From Octopus bimaculoides (Eukaryota), in NCBI RefSeq assembly GCF_001194135.2, contig NC_069006.1:11730174-11789521 (forward strand): a stretch of DNA of 59,348 nucleotides, read 5' to 3'. Below the pieces are notes generated by a model. It had not been told where the DNA came from. It saw only the letters and a program-made list of their open reading frames with translations, and made no database searches. The translations under genes and the position numbers were made by a program. Positions 45,178-58,072 of the stretch are shown piece by piece (position 1 is the first letter of the stretch; the number at the start of each line of letters is the position of its first letter).

Positions 45178-45385
45178 GGGCTGCGAGCTGGCAGAATCGT
45201 TAGCATGCCGGGCGAAATGCTTACCAGTATTTTGTCTGCCGTTACGTACTGAGTTCAAATGCTGCCGAGGTTGACTTTGCCTTTCATCCTTTCAGGGTCG
45301 ATTAAATAAGTACCAGTTATGCACTGGAGTCAATCTAATCGACTTAATCCCTTTGTCTGTCCTTGTTTGTGGGCAATAAAGAAAT
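45178..45385 (+). mobile_element. SINE family A, well-preserved copy (variant tail)
   Basis: GGCTGCGAGCTGGCAGAATCGTTAGCATG head and GACTTTGCCTTTCATCCTTTCAGGGTCGATTAAATAAGTACCAG core. Confidence 0.85.
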
Positions 45386-45659
45386 AAATATTCATCTGTT
45401 TTGCTTTAGAATCTTCTTATCCCTGCCGCTAATCTTTACTGTCTACCATTTCCCTGCTGATGTCTACACTGTGACACACCACCTTGTTTTCATCCACCCC
45501 AATCTCTCATTTTTTTCTGGTTTTCGTTGTATTAATTCCTCTTTAATTATTTCACTTCTCTCCATATTCCCTTCCTTCCCCCTAGATTTCTTTTGTATTA
45601 ATCCATCCCCCTCTATTTTCTCTAAATCTTTCTATTTGTAAACACTGCTACAAATATGC

Positions 45660-45885
45660 ACTTTGCCATATTCTTCTGATGAGGATAACCTGGCTTTGTC
45701 TAACAGATCCATAGGAACTTTTCTAATTTCGTACACCTGCAAAACCATGGGTCTTTATTATGTATGAATGTCATTATGACGTAAGCCATGGTTTGCCTGA
45801 AACAGCTGTGAAAATAAGACTATTACATAATCCCTGTCATTTTGTATTCTTTATTCTGTACTCTGTACTTTAGATCTCATGAAAT
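45660..45885 (+). mobile_element. Possible Penelope-type terminal repeat with two decayed hammerhead-like halves
   Basis: CTGATGA-GG-ATAA-CC at 45676 and GAA-ACAGCTGT (palindromic helix III) at 45799-45809. Confidence 0.35.
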
Positions 45886-47144
45886 ATATACACATTAAGT
45901 CTACTTGTGTTTATCTGCCTTTCTACTGACATGCCAGCTCAATGAGGGACCATTCTTATTGCTGACTTTCTTCCCCAGATGAAGGAGCTGGATTTTAAGT
46001 TATTTATCTGAATACTACACCATGGATATCTATACAATGCTTGCTTTGTGTTCTCCAACAACCATTTACACACACACATACATATATACATATATATACA
46101 CACAAATACACACATGCACATACACATGCACACACACACATATGCACACACACACACACATGCATGCCTATACATATACATACACGTACATGATGAGCTT
46201 CTTTCAGTTTCCATCTTCCATATCCTCTCACAAGGCCTATGGCTTTCACAGAAGACACTTGCTCAAAGTGCCATACAGTGGGACTGAACCTGGAACCATG
46301 TGGTTGGGAAGCAAACTTCTTAACTACATAGCTACAGTAAAGTCAAGTGAGTAAACTGAAGCTTCCATACTGGTTCATGTGGTCCCTACTTTATAGATAG
46401 CAGGGAGTCTGTTGAGGGGAGATTTGGTTGTCAAATTCAGTACATAAAAGTTCCTTTACTGGTTTATGTGCCCCCTTTAGAAAGTTTGTTGAAGAAAATC
46501 TGGTTCTTTTATTCAGTAGATCCTGTTTACTATACAGAAGCTCCGTCACTGTCTCATGTTCCTTGTTTTATTGAATTAGGAATAGGTGAAGTATGATTTG
46601 TGGGAGATTTGGTAGATATTTCTTGTAGATCAAATAATGTATCTAACATTTGGTGTTCTGGCAGCCATTGAATATTTTGCAGGATTAGGAGTTTAAAATT
46701 TAGGAAGAACAAGGGAAAACATGCATAGAACATACATGTTTCATTTTCTTTTGTTTGCATACATATTACAAAGATCTTAAAATTTCTAGTCTCAGGTAAT
46801 CATGTATAGCACCATTTCATTCTTATTAGAAATCATCAGCATGACATAACCCAAGATAACTAAATTATAGTAAGTTAAACATTTTGTGAAGCAAGACATT
46901 TTTTATAGATGAGAAATAATTACAGTCTGGATGACATTTTATTGTAGAGGTTCCCTTATTGACCCCTTATCACTGGTTCACTTTTCCACTGTTTTCTCAA
47001 GCAACAAACATGACAGATACAATAATTCTGTTACACTGACACTGTTTCATACAACGACAGGCCGGGGGTTTGAAATACTTTATCATCTGGTTTAACCCTG
47101 GTCCTTCCTGGTCCTTGGGTATCTTTTAGGAGAGGCAAATTTAT

Positions 47145-47341
47145 CTCTTTTTTACTTGTTTCAGTCATTGGACTGTGACCATAGGGAGGAAAGGCACTAC
47201 TTTGAAGGGTTTAGTTCACCAAATTAATCCCAGATGTTATTCTTAAGTCCGGAACTTATTCTATCAGTCTTTTTTGCCAAACTGCTAAGTTAGGGAGATG
47301 TAAACAAACCAACACCATTTGTGAAGTAGTGGGAGGACAAA

Positions 47342-47374
<33 letters not shown>

Positions 47375-47525
47375 GTTTCCATACAGCTTTCATTTACCAA
47401 AATTGACTCACAAGGCATTGGTCAGTCCATGGCTATAGTAGATGTGTCCAAGGTGTTGCACAGTGAGACTGGACCCCGATCTACACAGTTGCTAAGCCAG
47501 CTTCATAACCACACAGCTATGCCTA
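47145..47525 (-). mobile_element. SINE family B copy (diverged)
   Basis: TTTTACTTGTTTCAGTCATTGGACTG tail, (CA)n, head remnant. Confidence 0.65.
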
Positions 47526-48776
47526 TTTGAAACAAGTATTTGGCCTGAGTATATGGGGTTTCATCTTGCAGTTATCCTCATCTTGGAGGACCCGTAAAAA
47601 AAAGTGAGGGGCACTTTCTTTCTACGATGACCAAGACGTAAAAAAACTAAGAAAGAGCAAAAAGTGAAAAACAAAAGAAACAGCATCACTTCCATCCTCA
47701 CCATGCAATCACTTAAATTGACCGCAGTTCATTACTGGTACTTAATGTGATCAGTACTGGATTATTGAATTGTCAGTTAAAACAGTGATTTGATTGATTT
47801 GTAAACAAGAAAACAAATCAATAAATTTGTTATTTAATGTAACAGCAGCAGTGAGGCCATTAGCATTGGTTCTTTACCATCTGGACNNNNNNNNNNNNNN
47901 NNNNNNNNNNNNNNNNNNNNNNNNNNNNNNNNNNNNNNNNNNNNNNNNNNNNNNNNNNNNNNNNNNNNNNNNNNNNNNNNNNNNNNNNNNNNNNNNNNNN
48001 NNNNNNNNNNNNNNNNNNNNNNNNNNNNNNNNNNNNNNNNNNNNNNNNNNNNNNNNNNNNNNNNNNNNNNNNNNNNNNNNNNNNNNNNNNNNNNNNNNNN
48101 NNNNNNNNNNNNNNNNNNNNNNNNNNNNNNNNNNNNNNNNNNNNNNNNNNNNNNNNNNNNNNNNNNNNNNNNNNNNNNNNNNNNNNNNNNNNNNNNNNNN
48201 NNNNNNNNNNNNNNNNNNNNNNNNNNNNNNNNNNNNNNNNNNNNNNNNNNNNNNNNNNNNNNNNNNNNNNNNNNNNNNNNNNNNNNNNNNNNNNNNNNNN
48301 NNNNCTCCATTCTTTTTAAGATCGAAAGAATTCAAAGTTAATTTGATTGCAATAATTAGAATGTTTTCTTTGTTGAAATAATTAATTGCTGACAGTTTTC
48401 ACGTCAATTGCTTTGAAGTTGGAAATTATAAACTTGATTAAATCATAATTGGAACTTAATTAGCGATTTGTGAAAATCGCAGCTGACAAACTCGACAAGA
48501 GAGATACTTAAAAACTAAAGAGGTGATAGTTCATAAACCAAGTCCACATAGCCATAGGTAGGTACCACCATGTGAGAAAGTTCACTGCACTGAGTTCATG
48601 AATAAGACACATTACTGTGAACAATCTAGTCAACCTAGTATGTAGGTATCATGGTGTAGTATAGTTAGCTCTCTGCATTGTGTCCATGACCAACACTCTG
48701 AACTATCAGCAGTCCAGTCTGCCTAGTTGTATATAGGTACCCCGTTGTGTCCATGATCGGTTTCATTTGGTTACAG

Positions 48777-48824
48777 TTGTCATTCTGGATATCCATGAAG
48801 TTTAATTTCTCCCCAGTGCTGGAG
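48777..48824 (+). CDS. Weak candidate exon (LSFWISMKFNFSPVLE)
   Basis: Acceptor TTTCATTTGGTTACAG, perfect donor GAG|GTGAGT, only phase 0 open; no homology recognised. Confidence 0.2.
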
Positions 48825-49599
48825 GTGAGTGAGTTCTTCTTCGTATAGGAATCTCACCAACCTACTTTCTATCAGTCTCTGCTCAACGTTGTCAATTTAC
48901 TCCTTGGTGGTTTGCAATTTTCTTCAGTTTCCAGCTTCCATTTCTTCTTCACTGATGTAATAAAATAGGGTAGAACTGCTACCCAGGGCTTCTGGCCAGT
49001 CTTGGGGCTGGATGAGGAGACTTCTCATTTTCTCTATTCCCTATATTGTTGATCCTTGGGTAAAACTGAAGATGGGTCTATTTGTCTTTACTTCCACCAA
49101 GGCTGTCTTCAGAATCTGGATAAACAATGTTACAGCAGCAGCAGAAGCAGAAGCAGCAGCAGCAACTGTGCTTGTCTGTTGCTATTGACTACCACCCAAC
49201 TTTTCTTTTATTTATTTATTTATTTATTTTGTCTGGATAATAGGTCCTGATGTGGTTTGTACTCTCGTACATGCAAAAGCTGAGATTTCTGCCTCGCACC
49301 ACTAGTCTGATGGCCTCCCCTTCACTGTGCTTCACAGATGTGGTCTGGACTTAGGTACTTTGCAGATATCCACTTGGCCATATATATAACTGCAGGTCAT
49401 CTCTGTTTTCAGTATCAGCTTGTATTGTTCTCCAGAGGTGACGACAAAGCAAGGGTCAATAAAGAAGATAAAGGAGAAGAAAGAAACAGAAGTGAAGAGA
49501 GTATGTGGAAGAAGAAGAAGAAGAAGATAAAGAAGAAAAAGAGTAAAGAGAGCAAATAGAAGAAGATAAACTGCCCTATACCCCCCCCCCCCCATGTAC

Positions 49600-50080
49600 A
49601 GTAACACTAAATTGTGGGCAGGTGTGTGGTACATCAGCAGTTCCTATCCCTTTCCCTTAATGTCAGTCTATCTACGCAGCCCCAAACTTCTGTTTTCTCT
49701 TTCTTGGTTGATACAATCCACATTCAGTCTCATATCATCCACGACTTTCTTTACATTCTCTTTTGACATCATGTGGAAGCCCCACTGCTTCTCAGTTTAA
49801 TTCTTCTGGCAAGAAGCTACTCTTTTATGTGACCTGCATCATGCAGCTCCCATGAATTTTCTTTAGCTTTGAGTTGACCCATGTCTAGTAACTTCTTGGC
49901 ATTGTTTGATAGGATCCAGTGATAGAAACACAGTATAGCAACAGAACCATATTTTAATTCTCTCACAGACTGCATTGAGTACATGCTTTATGACTCCGAG
50001 CAGACGTATACCATTTTCCAGCAGCACACTTGACCAAAAACTTTGCAACAAACACTGGAAGTGGGCTGGAAATAGTTGGA
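49600..50080 (-). mobile_element. Old decayed RTE-like LINE remnant
   Basis: Fragmentary C-terminal-like motifs (…KLKK…AGH…); heavily disrupted. Confidence 0.35.
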
Positions 50081-50988
50081 CTTTGATGCCCACTTCAATG
50101 ATCAGCCATGATTTGCTTGATCAACCAAAAATAGAGGGTTGTGAAAAGCCAATTTCTGCAGATGAAGTGGTGGACGTGTTGATTAAATCAACCCTGAAAG
50201 GATGAAAACCAAATTTGACCTCAGTGGGATTTGAACTCACAACAACAAAAGACGAGCTAAATCAAGTACTGTAAAATGTTTTGTCTGATGCTCTAACGGT
50301 TCTGTCAATTCTACAGCTTAAATTGGCTTTAAAGCAAGAATTGAAATGGTGTTATTAACTCTACTGGTCAAAGTTTTATCTCTTACGCCAGAGGCATTGA
50401 CCATTTGAAAATCCAATAATTGTGATGTGGAAACAAAAATCAATCAGTGGCGGTGACGTTTCACAGATGAAATTGTTGTCTGTATTTTATTTGGTAATTG
50501 AAGTTATCCGATGAATTTTCTCTGCAGAGACATGAAAACAGGTGAACCTACGTCACAGAGTTACATCTCTTGAGGATTTGGTAGTTGGGTATTTTGATGA
50601 ATTACCAGCAAGAAGTCCTTTGTTACTTTTACTGCTATTGATAGCTGAGAATGGGTTTGATCACTGCTGGAGAAATAAATAATAGAGGAATGGCAAAGAA
50701 AGAGAGAAAGTAAAAGAAGAGAGAAGTGTAAGTTGACAAAGTGAAAGAGGAAGAAGAAAAAGGAGAGGAGCAAGGGGAGTAAGTAAAGGAAGAAGAAGAA
50801 GAAGAAGAAGAAGAGTAAGGAGTGAAAGTAAAGGAAGGAAAAGAAAAGAAAAAGAAGAGCAAGTAAAAGAGGAAGAAAATAAAGAAGAACAGAAGAATGA
50901 GGAGAGAAAGTGGAAGAAGAAGAAGAAAAAGAGTAAAGAGAAGAAAAAGACTAAGCAAAAAGGAAAAGGGGAAAAAGAGAAGAAATAC

Positions 50989-51036
50989 CAGGTTTTCATT
51001 AACTGCTGATGGAATCAATACAGCGTTTTGTGGAAT
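50989..51036 (-). CDS. Weak candidate exon (IPQNAVLIPSAVNENL)
   Basis: Branch-like CCTAAT plus acceptor TAACTTCTCAG, donor CTG|GTATTT, only phase 0 open. Confidence 0.25.
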
Positions 51037-51598
51037 CTGAGAAGTTAATTAGGAGAATTTGATGAAATGGAAGACAAAATTATCTTCCTTCAATATATGG
51101 CACACAATATATATGGCAAAGGAACTAATCGCAAAGGAAACTTCAATGTTTTTATTATATTCCCAGGATGTGATGAATGTGATGGTGTTGGTGGTTGTGG
51201 TGGGGGCAGTTGTGAGGTGACCAACCTATAACTGATTGTACACACACACACACAGACACACACACATATGTACATACATCCGTTCAATGAGTAGGCGACA
51301 TTTGATTGAAGGTTTCAAAGTAGAAATTATTTGAGAATCGATAACGTGAAATATAGATTTTCTGTTTCAATTGGATCACTTAGGAATTATTCTATTAAAT
51401 TTAGTCTTTGTTGTAAAGGGTAGAATCTGTGGAGTGGCCATGGACTCAACATTTGAAGATATTTAGTTAAATACCTTAGTTTAGGTTCAAATCTTATAGG
51501 TATCGACTTGATAAAAATTAATACAAGTAGAAAACTGGGGTTGATATAATCAACTATTTCTTCTCCCAGAATTTGCAACCATGACAGAAATATCTGTC

Positions 51599-51790
51599 AT
51601 TAACCCGTTAGCATTTAAACTGGCCATATCTGGCCCAAATATTTTCAGTGTTTTCATTCAAGTTGGCTATATCTGGCCTCTCACACCTACCCTACAATGT
51701 CATTCTAAAAATAAGTAGTCACATTATCGAAATCTCAAAGCTATGAGATAATGCATGACACATTCAAAACAATGTGAATAAATAAGCATG
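51599..51790. mobile_element. MITE-like fragment with a piggyBac-type end
   Basis: Begins TTAA-CCCGTTAGCATT; the opposite end is missing where the mariner remnant starts. Confidence 0.35.
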
Positions 51791-52197
51791 ACACGATTCT
51801 AGGGATGACACTCGTGGCAAGTCTTCCAGATTGCTCATCATCTTCCAAGGACATTCTTCCATTTTTGAAGTGCCTATGCCATTCGAAGCATTGCGTATGA
51901 ACCATTGCTTTCTCACTGTAAGCTTGTTGAAGCATCCTCAGTACCTCTGCAGCAGACTTCCCAAAACTTCACGTTGGCTCTTTGTTCCAACTTCCTGTCC
52001 ATAACAAAGTCGTAGACTACAGCATACATGTGATCACAAAAAACACAAATTTCACAACTTGTGAAGTAAACACAGCAATGTCACTCAGCACACTGCCCCA
52101 TGAAGGTCACTGCTAGCCCTCACTGTGCATGCAACCGTGTGCTGTCATCTGTTGGTGCACTTCAGAATTAGTCTGGGAACTTTTTGATACCATCTCA
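51791..52197 (-). mobile_element. mariner transposon 5' fragment
   Basis: EQRANVKF...MLQQAYSEKAMVHTQCFEWHRHFKNGRMSLEDDEQSGR is the mariner N-terminal HTH region; TA then TGAGATGGTATCAAAAAGTTCCCAGAC TIR-like end. Confidence 0.8.
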
Positions 52198-52199
52198 TA

Positions 52200-52485
52200 C
52201 ATATTTCATACTTTAGCCTCTCAACACCTCATCTCCCTCAATACTACACCTCACATCAGTTGAGGGGGCTTTTGTTTTGCAAGTTACTCGATGACCAGTG
52301 CCAGTGCCATGTAATAAGCACCCAGTAACCTCTGTTAAGCATTTAGCATTAGAAAGGGTACCCAGGCATAGAAACCATACCAAAGCAGGCATTGGAGCTA
52401 CGTGCAACCCTCTGGTTCACCAGCCCCTGTTAAAATGTCCAACCTGTGCCAGTATGGAAAATAGGCATCAAACGAAGATGATGTG
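52200..52485 (+). mobile_element. RTE LINE 3' end (diverged)
   Basis: Ends ...CATCAAACGAAGATGATG; 3' UTR motifs recognisable. Confidence 0.6.
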
Positions 52486-53199
52486 GTAAGGAGCTTGCTT
52501 CCCAACCACTTGGTTCCAGGTTCAGTCTGCCATGCAGTGGGACTGTGTTCTGTGTTCAACTCCTGCATTCAACTTCATTTTTCATCCTTCTGAAGTCAAT
52601 AAGATAAAATAATGGAAGCCATGTCTGTTTGTCTCTTCATCTTTTTTGCTCCCCTCTCTCCCTCCAGCACTCCCCCACTTCTTCTCTCCTTCTCTTTCTG
52701 CCTGTCTCTCTTCTCCTTGTCTATTTCCTCTTCCCTCTCCTCTGCTCCTTACATTCTCCCTCTCCTCCTTTTCTCTCTCTCTCCCATCTTCCCTCTTCTT
52801 CTATCCCACCTATTTTTTCTCTCTCACCCTCCATCTATTTCTCCCCTCTTTCTTACCCTCTCTCTTTATCCTTCTTTCTTCTTCTTCTCTATTTCCTACT
52901 CCTTTTCCTCCACCTCTCTTTCCCCGTAGTCAGTTGTTTCAGATAATTTGCAGGAATTACACATAATAAATACAAATATACACACTAATTTGGTGACTTT
53001 TGAGTTTAGGACATTTCTTTCACTTTTGCCTGTCCTCTTCACATTTATTGGCATTTCATTTAACAGCTGCTGAAGAATTTTTTGTTGATTTCTTCTTGGG
53101 ATTCTGCCTGTGACTGGCATGTTTGTCCTAGACTTGAAGTAGTTTATGTTTTCCATTTTTGTCATTGTTTGATACACACATGTATAAACGTATATATAT

Positions 53200-53529
<330 letters not shown>

Positions 53530-53828
53530 ACTATTTCAAACCTATGAAAAGCATTTACACACACAATTTGAGCAACATTGCCATGGCCATCAAACAAAAA
53601 GGCTACTTATTATGTCAAAGGAATTTCCGCTTGATTGGCTGGCTGTTAAAAGGTCTATGTACTGTTAAGGCCATTTACTTCTTTAAAGTACTTCGCAACA
53701 ATTAAAAGTGTCATTTCATATAGACATAAACCAGCTTATTGTTATTATTGTTGTTGTTGTTATGGTTGTTGTGATGATGGTTATTGAAAAACAAAATAAA
53801 AAACATTAAAAAGAATCTTCATGATCAC

Positions 53829-53885
<57 letters not shown>

Positions 53886-54058
53886 TAATATATTGGCTGA
53901 TGTGAAAGTACTGCAAGCCATCTATGGCATCTCTTTGGAATTATTGGAGATGGTGAGATAAAATATTTGGTTCGGTGGAATTGATAAACACAACAGAAAT
54001 GTCTTGAAAATAGGAAGAAATTCCATTATGATGTAGTCTATCTCTTGGTATTGATTAC

Positions 54059-54122
54059 CAATCTTTTCAACCCCATAACTGCTCCATAGTGGTTCCACAG
54101 ACAACGGAATCTCCATTTTTCT
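54059..54122 (-). CDS. Weak candidate exon (EKWRFRCLWNHYGAVMGLKRL or RKMEIPLSVEPLWSSYGVEKI)
   Basis: Acceptor CTTTTTTTGTTACAG, donor TTG|GTAATC; two frames open; unique sequence. Confidence 0.25.
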
Positions 54123-54336
54123 CTGTAACAAAAAAAGACCCCAGTTTCCCCCACTTCCCATCCCTTCCTTACACCTCGGCTTCCGTCACAGCAAAACTGA
54201 ATTGTAAACTATTGTTGAAATTGTCCCCCTAACTCCAGCTCTAGCACGAACTCTCTGTCCACATATTGTTATATAGACACTTCCTTTGTGTGTGCACACG
54301 TGTGTATGTGTATGTGTGTATGTCTGTGTGTGTATG

Positions 54337-54526
54337 TATGCATACCAATTCAAGACAATCCTTAGGTGTTTCCATACACATATGTATGTACATTGTTAAA
54401 TTGCTAGCTAGCATTTTATATACATATATGTGTGTGTATATATTTTTGTATAAATGTATGTTTATATATATATATATCTGTATATAAGTGTGTGTATAGA
54501 TATATATTAATGTGTATATAAATCTC

Positions 54527-54557
<31 letters not shown>

Positions 54558-54800
54558 ATGCATATCAATTCAAGACAATCCTTAGGTGTTTCCATATACA
54601 TATATATATGTACATTGTTAAATCGATAGCTAGCATTTTATATACATATATGTGTGTATATATATTTTTGTATAAATGTTTATATATATATATATATATA
54701 TATAGATATATATATCTGTATGTAAGTGTGTGTATAGATATATGTATTAATGCATATATAAATTTATTTATATATATGTGTGTGTGTGTGTGTGTATATG
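54337..54800. repeat. Tandem duplication, period about 220 bp
   Basis: CAATTCAAGACAATCCTTAGGTGTTTCCATA occurs at about 54346 and 54566, with matching downstream microsatellite patterns. Confidence 0.9.
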
Positions 54801-55302
54801 TATGTATATTTGTGTGTATATATGTATATGTATACACGTGTGTCAGTTAATGTGTTTATATCTGTTTGTGTGTGCATGTGTTTTAAAATGGGGGAAGGGA
54901 TAGCAAAGTTCTCCCCACTTCTATTCCCTCTGATTATTCCATGCAAAACTTGTTTCTCACAAAACAAGAAACAAACAAAAACTTTTTATAACTTATATTA
55001 GTGAAAATATATAATGCTTATTTTATATCTCTCCCTCCACGCCTTCCTCTTCTCCATCATAATCATCATCATCATCATCATCATCAGCAGCATTCTCATC
55101 CCTCAACCTTTTAGCATTGACATTACTCTATCAGATGTAATGTTTATTTATTCACATCATTTTAAATTAATCTTGCATTGTCTTGTAGCTTCAAGATTTT
55201 GATGATCTGACTGTTTATTTTTTAGAACGACTTTGTAGGGTAGGTGTGAAAGGCTGGATCTGGTCAGTTTGAACATAAGATAGGTCGAATACTTGAGCTG
55301 GA

Positions 55303-55303
55303 T

Positions 55304-55348
<45 letters not shown>

Positions 55349-55840
55349 GTCGTCATCATTATCATCATCATCATCATCATCCTTTAACGTCCATGCCAGC
55401 ATGGAAGGCAGACATTAAGCAATGATGACGATGATGATGATTCCGTGTTGGCTTGGATTGGACGGTTTGACCAGAGCAGGAGAGCAGCACCAGGTTCCAG
55501 TCCAATTGGGCTTATTTTCTACTGCTCAATGCCCTTCCTGATGCCAACCACTCTACAAAATGTGATGGATGTTCTATTGCGTGACACCGACATGGGTGTC
55601 TTTCGATGGCACCGGCATGAGTACTTTTTATGTGCCTCTTCAGCAGAGGGAGCAGCATTAACATTTCTGCAGAAGAGGGGGGTGGGTCTTCTTGAGTACC
55701 ACAAGGTACCAGATATCTTGATCCTTTGTCATCTCCTCCATAAGGTTTAGTGTCCTGAGATCTTTCTTTAATATTTCATCCCACGTCTTCCAAGGTCTCC
55801 CTCTTCCACGAGTTCCCTCTACTTTGTGTGATTGGTTCTT
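55303..55840 (-). mobile_element. RTE LINE 3' end with long (GAT)n tail and C-terminal remnant
   Basis: ORF 55658-55843 GRGRPWKTWDEILKKDLRTLNL...DQDIW; rearranged terminal segment. Confidence 0.8.
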
Positions 55841-57055
55841 CATTATTTTAAATGCTAAAGGGCTTCGGAAATATCAGTCAGTTTAATAGACTTATAGCAT
55901 TAGCATTTGGGATCTGCCTGCTTTCCTGCCTACCTGAGAAGTTAGGTTTGTTCACTCGCTCATTTCTTGTCACAATATATGTAAATGAAATAAAAATGAA
56001 CTAAAAATATAGCTCAGAGAGGCCATTGGCATGTATTTGAACAACAAAGATGACTAAAGGTATTTTAAATACCATACAAGATAACTCGCTGAGTAAGTGA
56101 AATTATCTCTGCTTTCAGAGAGAGCAGACTAATTGATTGGTGGTAATTGGTGCAAACTTTAAATGAGAAAGGGAGATAATCTCAAGAACCAGCAATTCTC
56201 CAAAATTGATGTGTCATTAACAAAATGACAGTTTGATTTGTTATTGGAGGGATATTTGGCTGCTGTTTCCAACAAATCAAGTAACCAAGTAGAGGCTTTT
56301 GACTATATCATATCTTTAGAAAGGAATGAATGCCACCAGAGTGCTGCTTTGAGGCATTTGTTCCCAGGAATGGCAACCTGATTTGACATACACCTCCAGA
56401 GTTTTCATGATATGGATTTTCTCACTACACAGAAGCGATTCTTATAACGACCAAGATCAAAGAAGGGTCTTTTGGGGAGTTTATGGCCTGGACCATGAAG
56501 AGCATGATCCACATATTAAATCCAGACTGGCGTTAACGTGATTTATATTAAAGGATAAATCTATTGTTGCAAGGAATTCATTGCAAAGATGCTAATATGA
56601 TGTAATTAATATGGCATTTAGCTGATATTTCTAGCAGGTCGAGTTTCTCTGCATGAGATGGCCATAACTGGAATATTTTCAACCATAGTTTTGCAGGATC
56701 AGGACTGAACTGTTGTTAAACAACAAAACTACAATCCCAATATTAACAACAACAGCAACAACAACAACAACAACAACAGTATTCGCAGGGTTGTAGCGTA
56801 GAAAAACATCCTTTAATTAACATTGGTGAACATGTGTAAATGTGTGTTTGTGTGTATACATATTTGTTTGTATGTGTGTACGTATGTGTCTCTTAAGTTG
56901 ATTCCACATGTGTGTGTGTGTGTGTGTGTGTGTATACATATGTAATGTTTGATGCTTACAACATCACAAACTACAAAGCACTTAATGTAGATTAATGTGT
57001 GTATATGTGTATTTGTGTGTGTATGTGTGTGTGTATAAACACATGTATGTATACA

Positions 57056-57099
<44 letters not shown>

Positions 57100-57543
57100 C
57101 AAACTGCAGATTTTCCATTGAGGTTACAATATTTCCTTATCATTTATTTACTGTGATTTGTTATTTGTTTTTCATTTATGTGTCTGTCTAACAGTAGCTA
57201 TTGAGATATATCATAGTGCCAAGGGGAAATAACTCTTTTGCCACCTAAGACTTATGCACCCTATCAGTAACAGAAACTGTCTATTGGTAGAGATGATCAA
57301 AGTACTAACTTGACGATTGTGAACCATGAAACAAAAAATGTGTGTGTATATTGCCTTCTCTTTCCTATTTTATTTCTGTACCTAATCACTGCTCTCTCCC
57401 CACCCCCTCACCGTCGCTTATTCCATTTGATATGTGTATGCATACACTAGATGGTCACCTTTTTCTTTTTTCAATTACTCTCATTATTTCATCTTATACC
57501 TGTACTCTGTATGTATGAATGTATGTGTGTGTGTGTAACACAG

Positions 57544-57584
<41 letters not shown>

Positions 57585-57741
57585 GCAGGCATGGCTGTCT
57601 GGTAAAAAATCTGTTTCCCTACCACGTGGTTCCAGGTTAAGTCCTTAAGCAAGTATCTTCTGCTATAGTCTCAGGTTGACCAAAGCCTTGTGAGATTAGA
57701 TTTGGCAGATGGAGACTGAAAGAAGCTAATTTTGTGTGTGT
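57585..57741 (+). mobile_element. SINE family B 5' part (runs into gap)
   Basis: GGCATGGCTGTCTGGTAA head and CCAAAGCCTTGTGAG...GAAACTGAAAGAAG-like segment. Confidence 0.6.
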
Positions 57742-58033
57742 NNNNNNNNNNNNNNNNNNNNNNNNNNNNNNNNNNNNNNNNNNNNNNNNNNNNNNNNNNN
57801 NNNNNNNNNNNNNNNNNNNNNNNNNNNNNNNNNNNNNNNNNNNNNNNNNNNNNNNNNNNNNNNNNNNNNNNNNNNNNNNNNNNNNNNNNNNNNNNNNNNN
57901 NNNNNNNNNNNNNNNNNNNNNNNNNNNNNNNNNNNNNNNNNNNNNNNNNNNNNNNNNNNNNNNNNNNNNNNNNNNNNNNNNNNNNNNNNNNNNNNNNNNN
58001 NNNNNNNNNNNNNNNNNNNNNNNNNNNNNNNNN

Positions 58034-58072
<39 letters not shown>

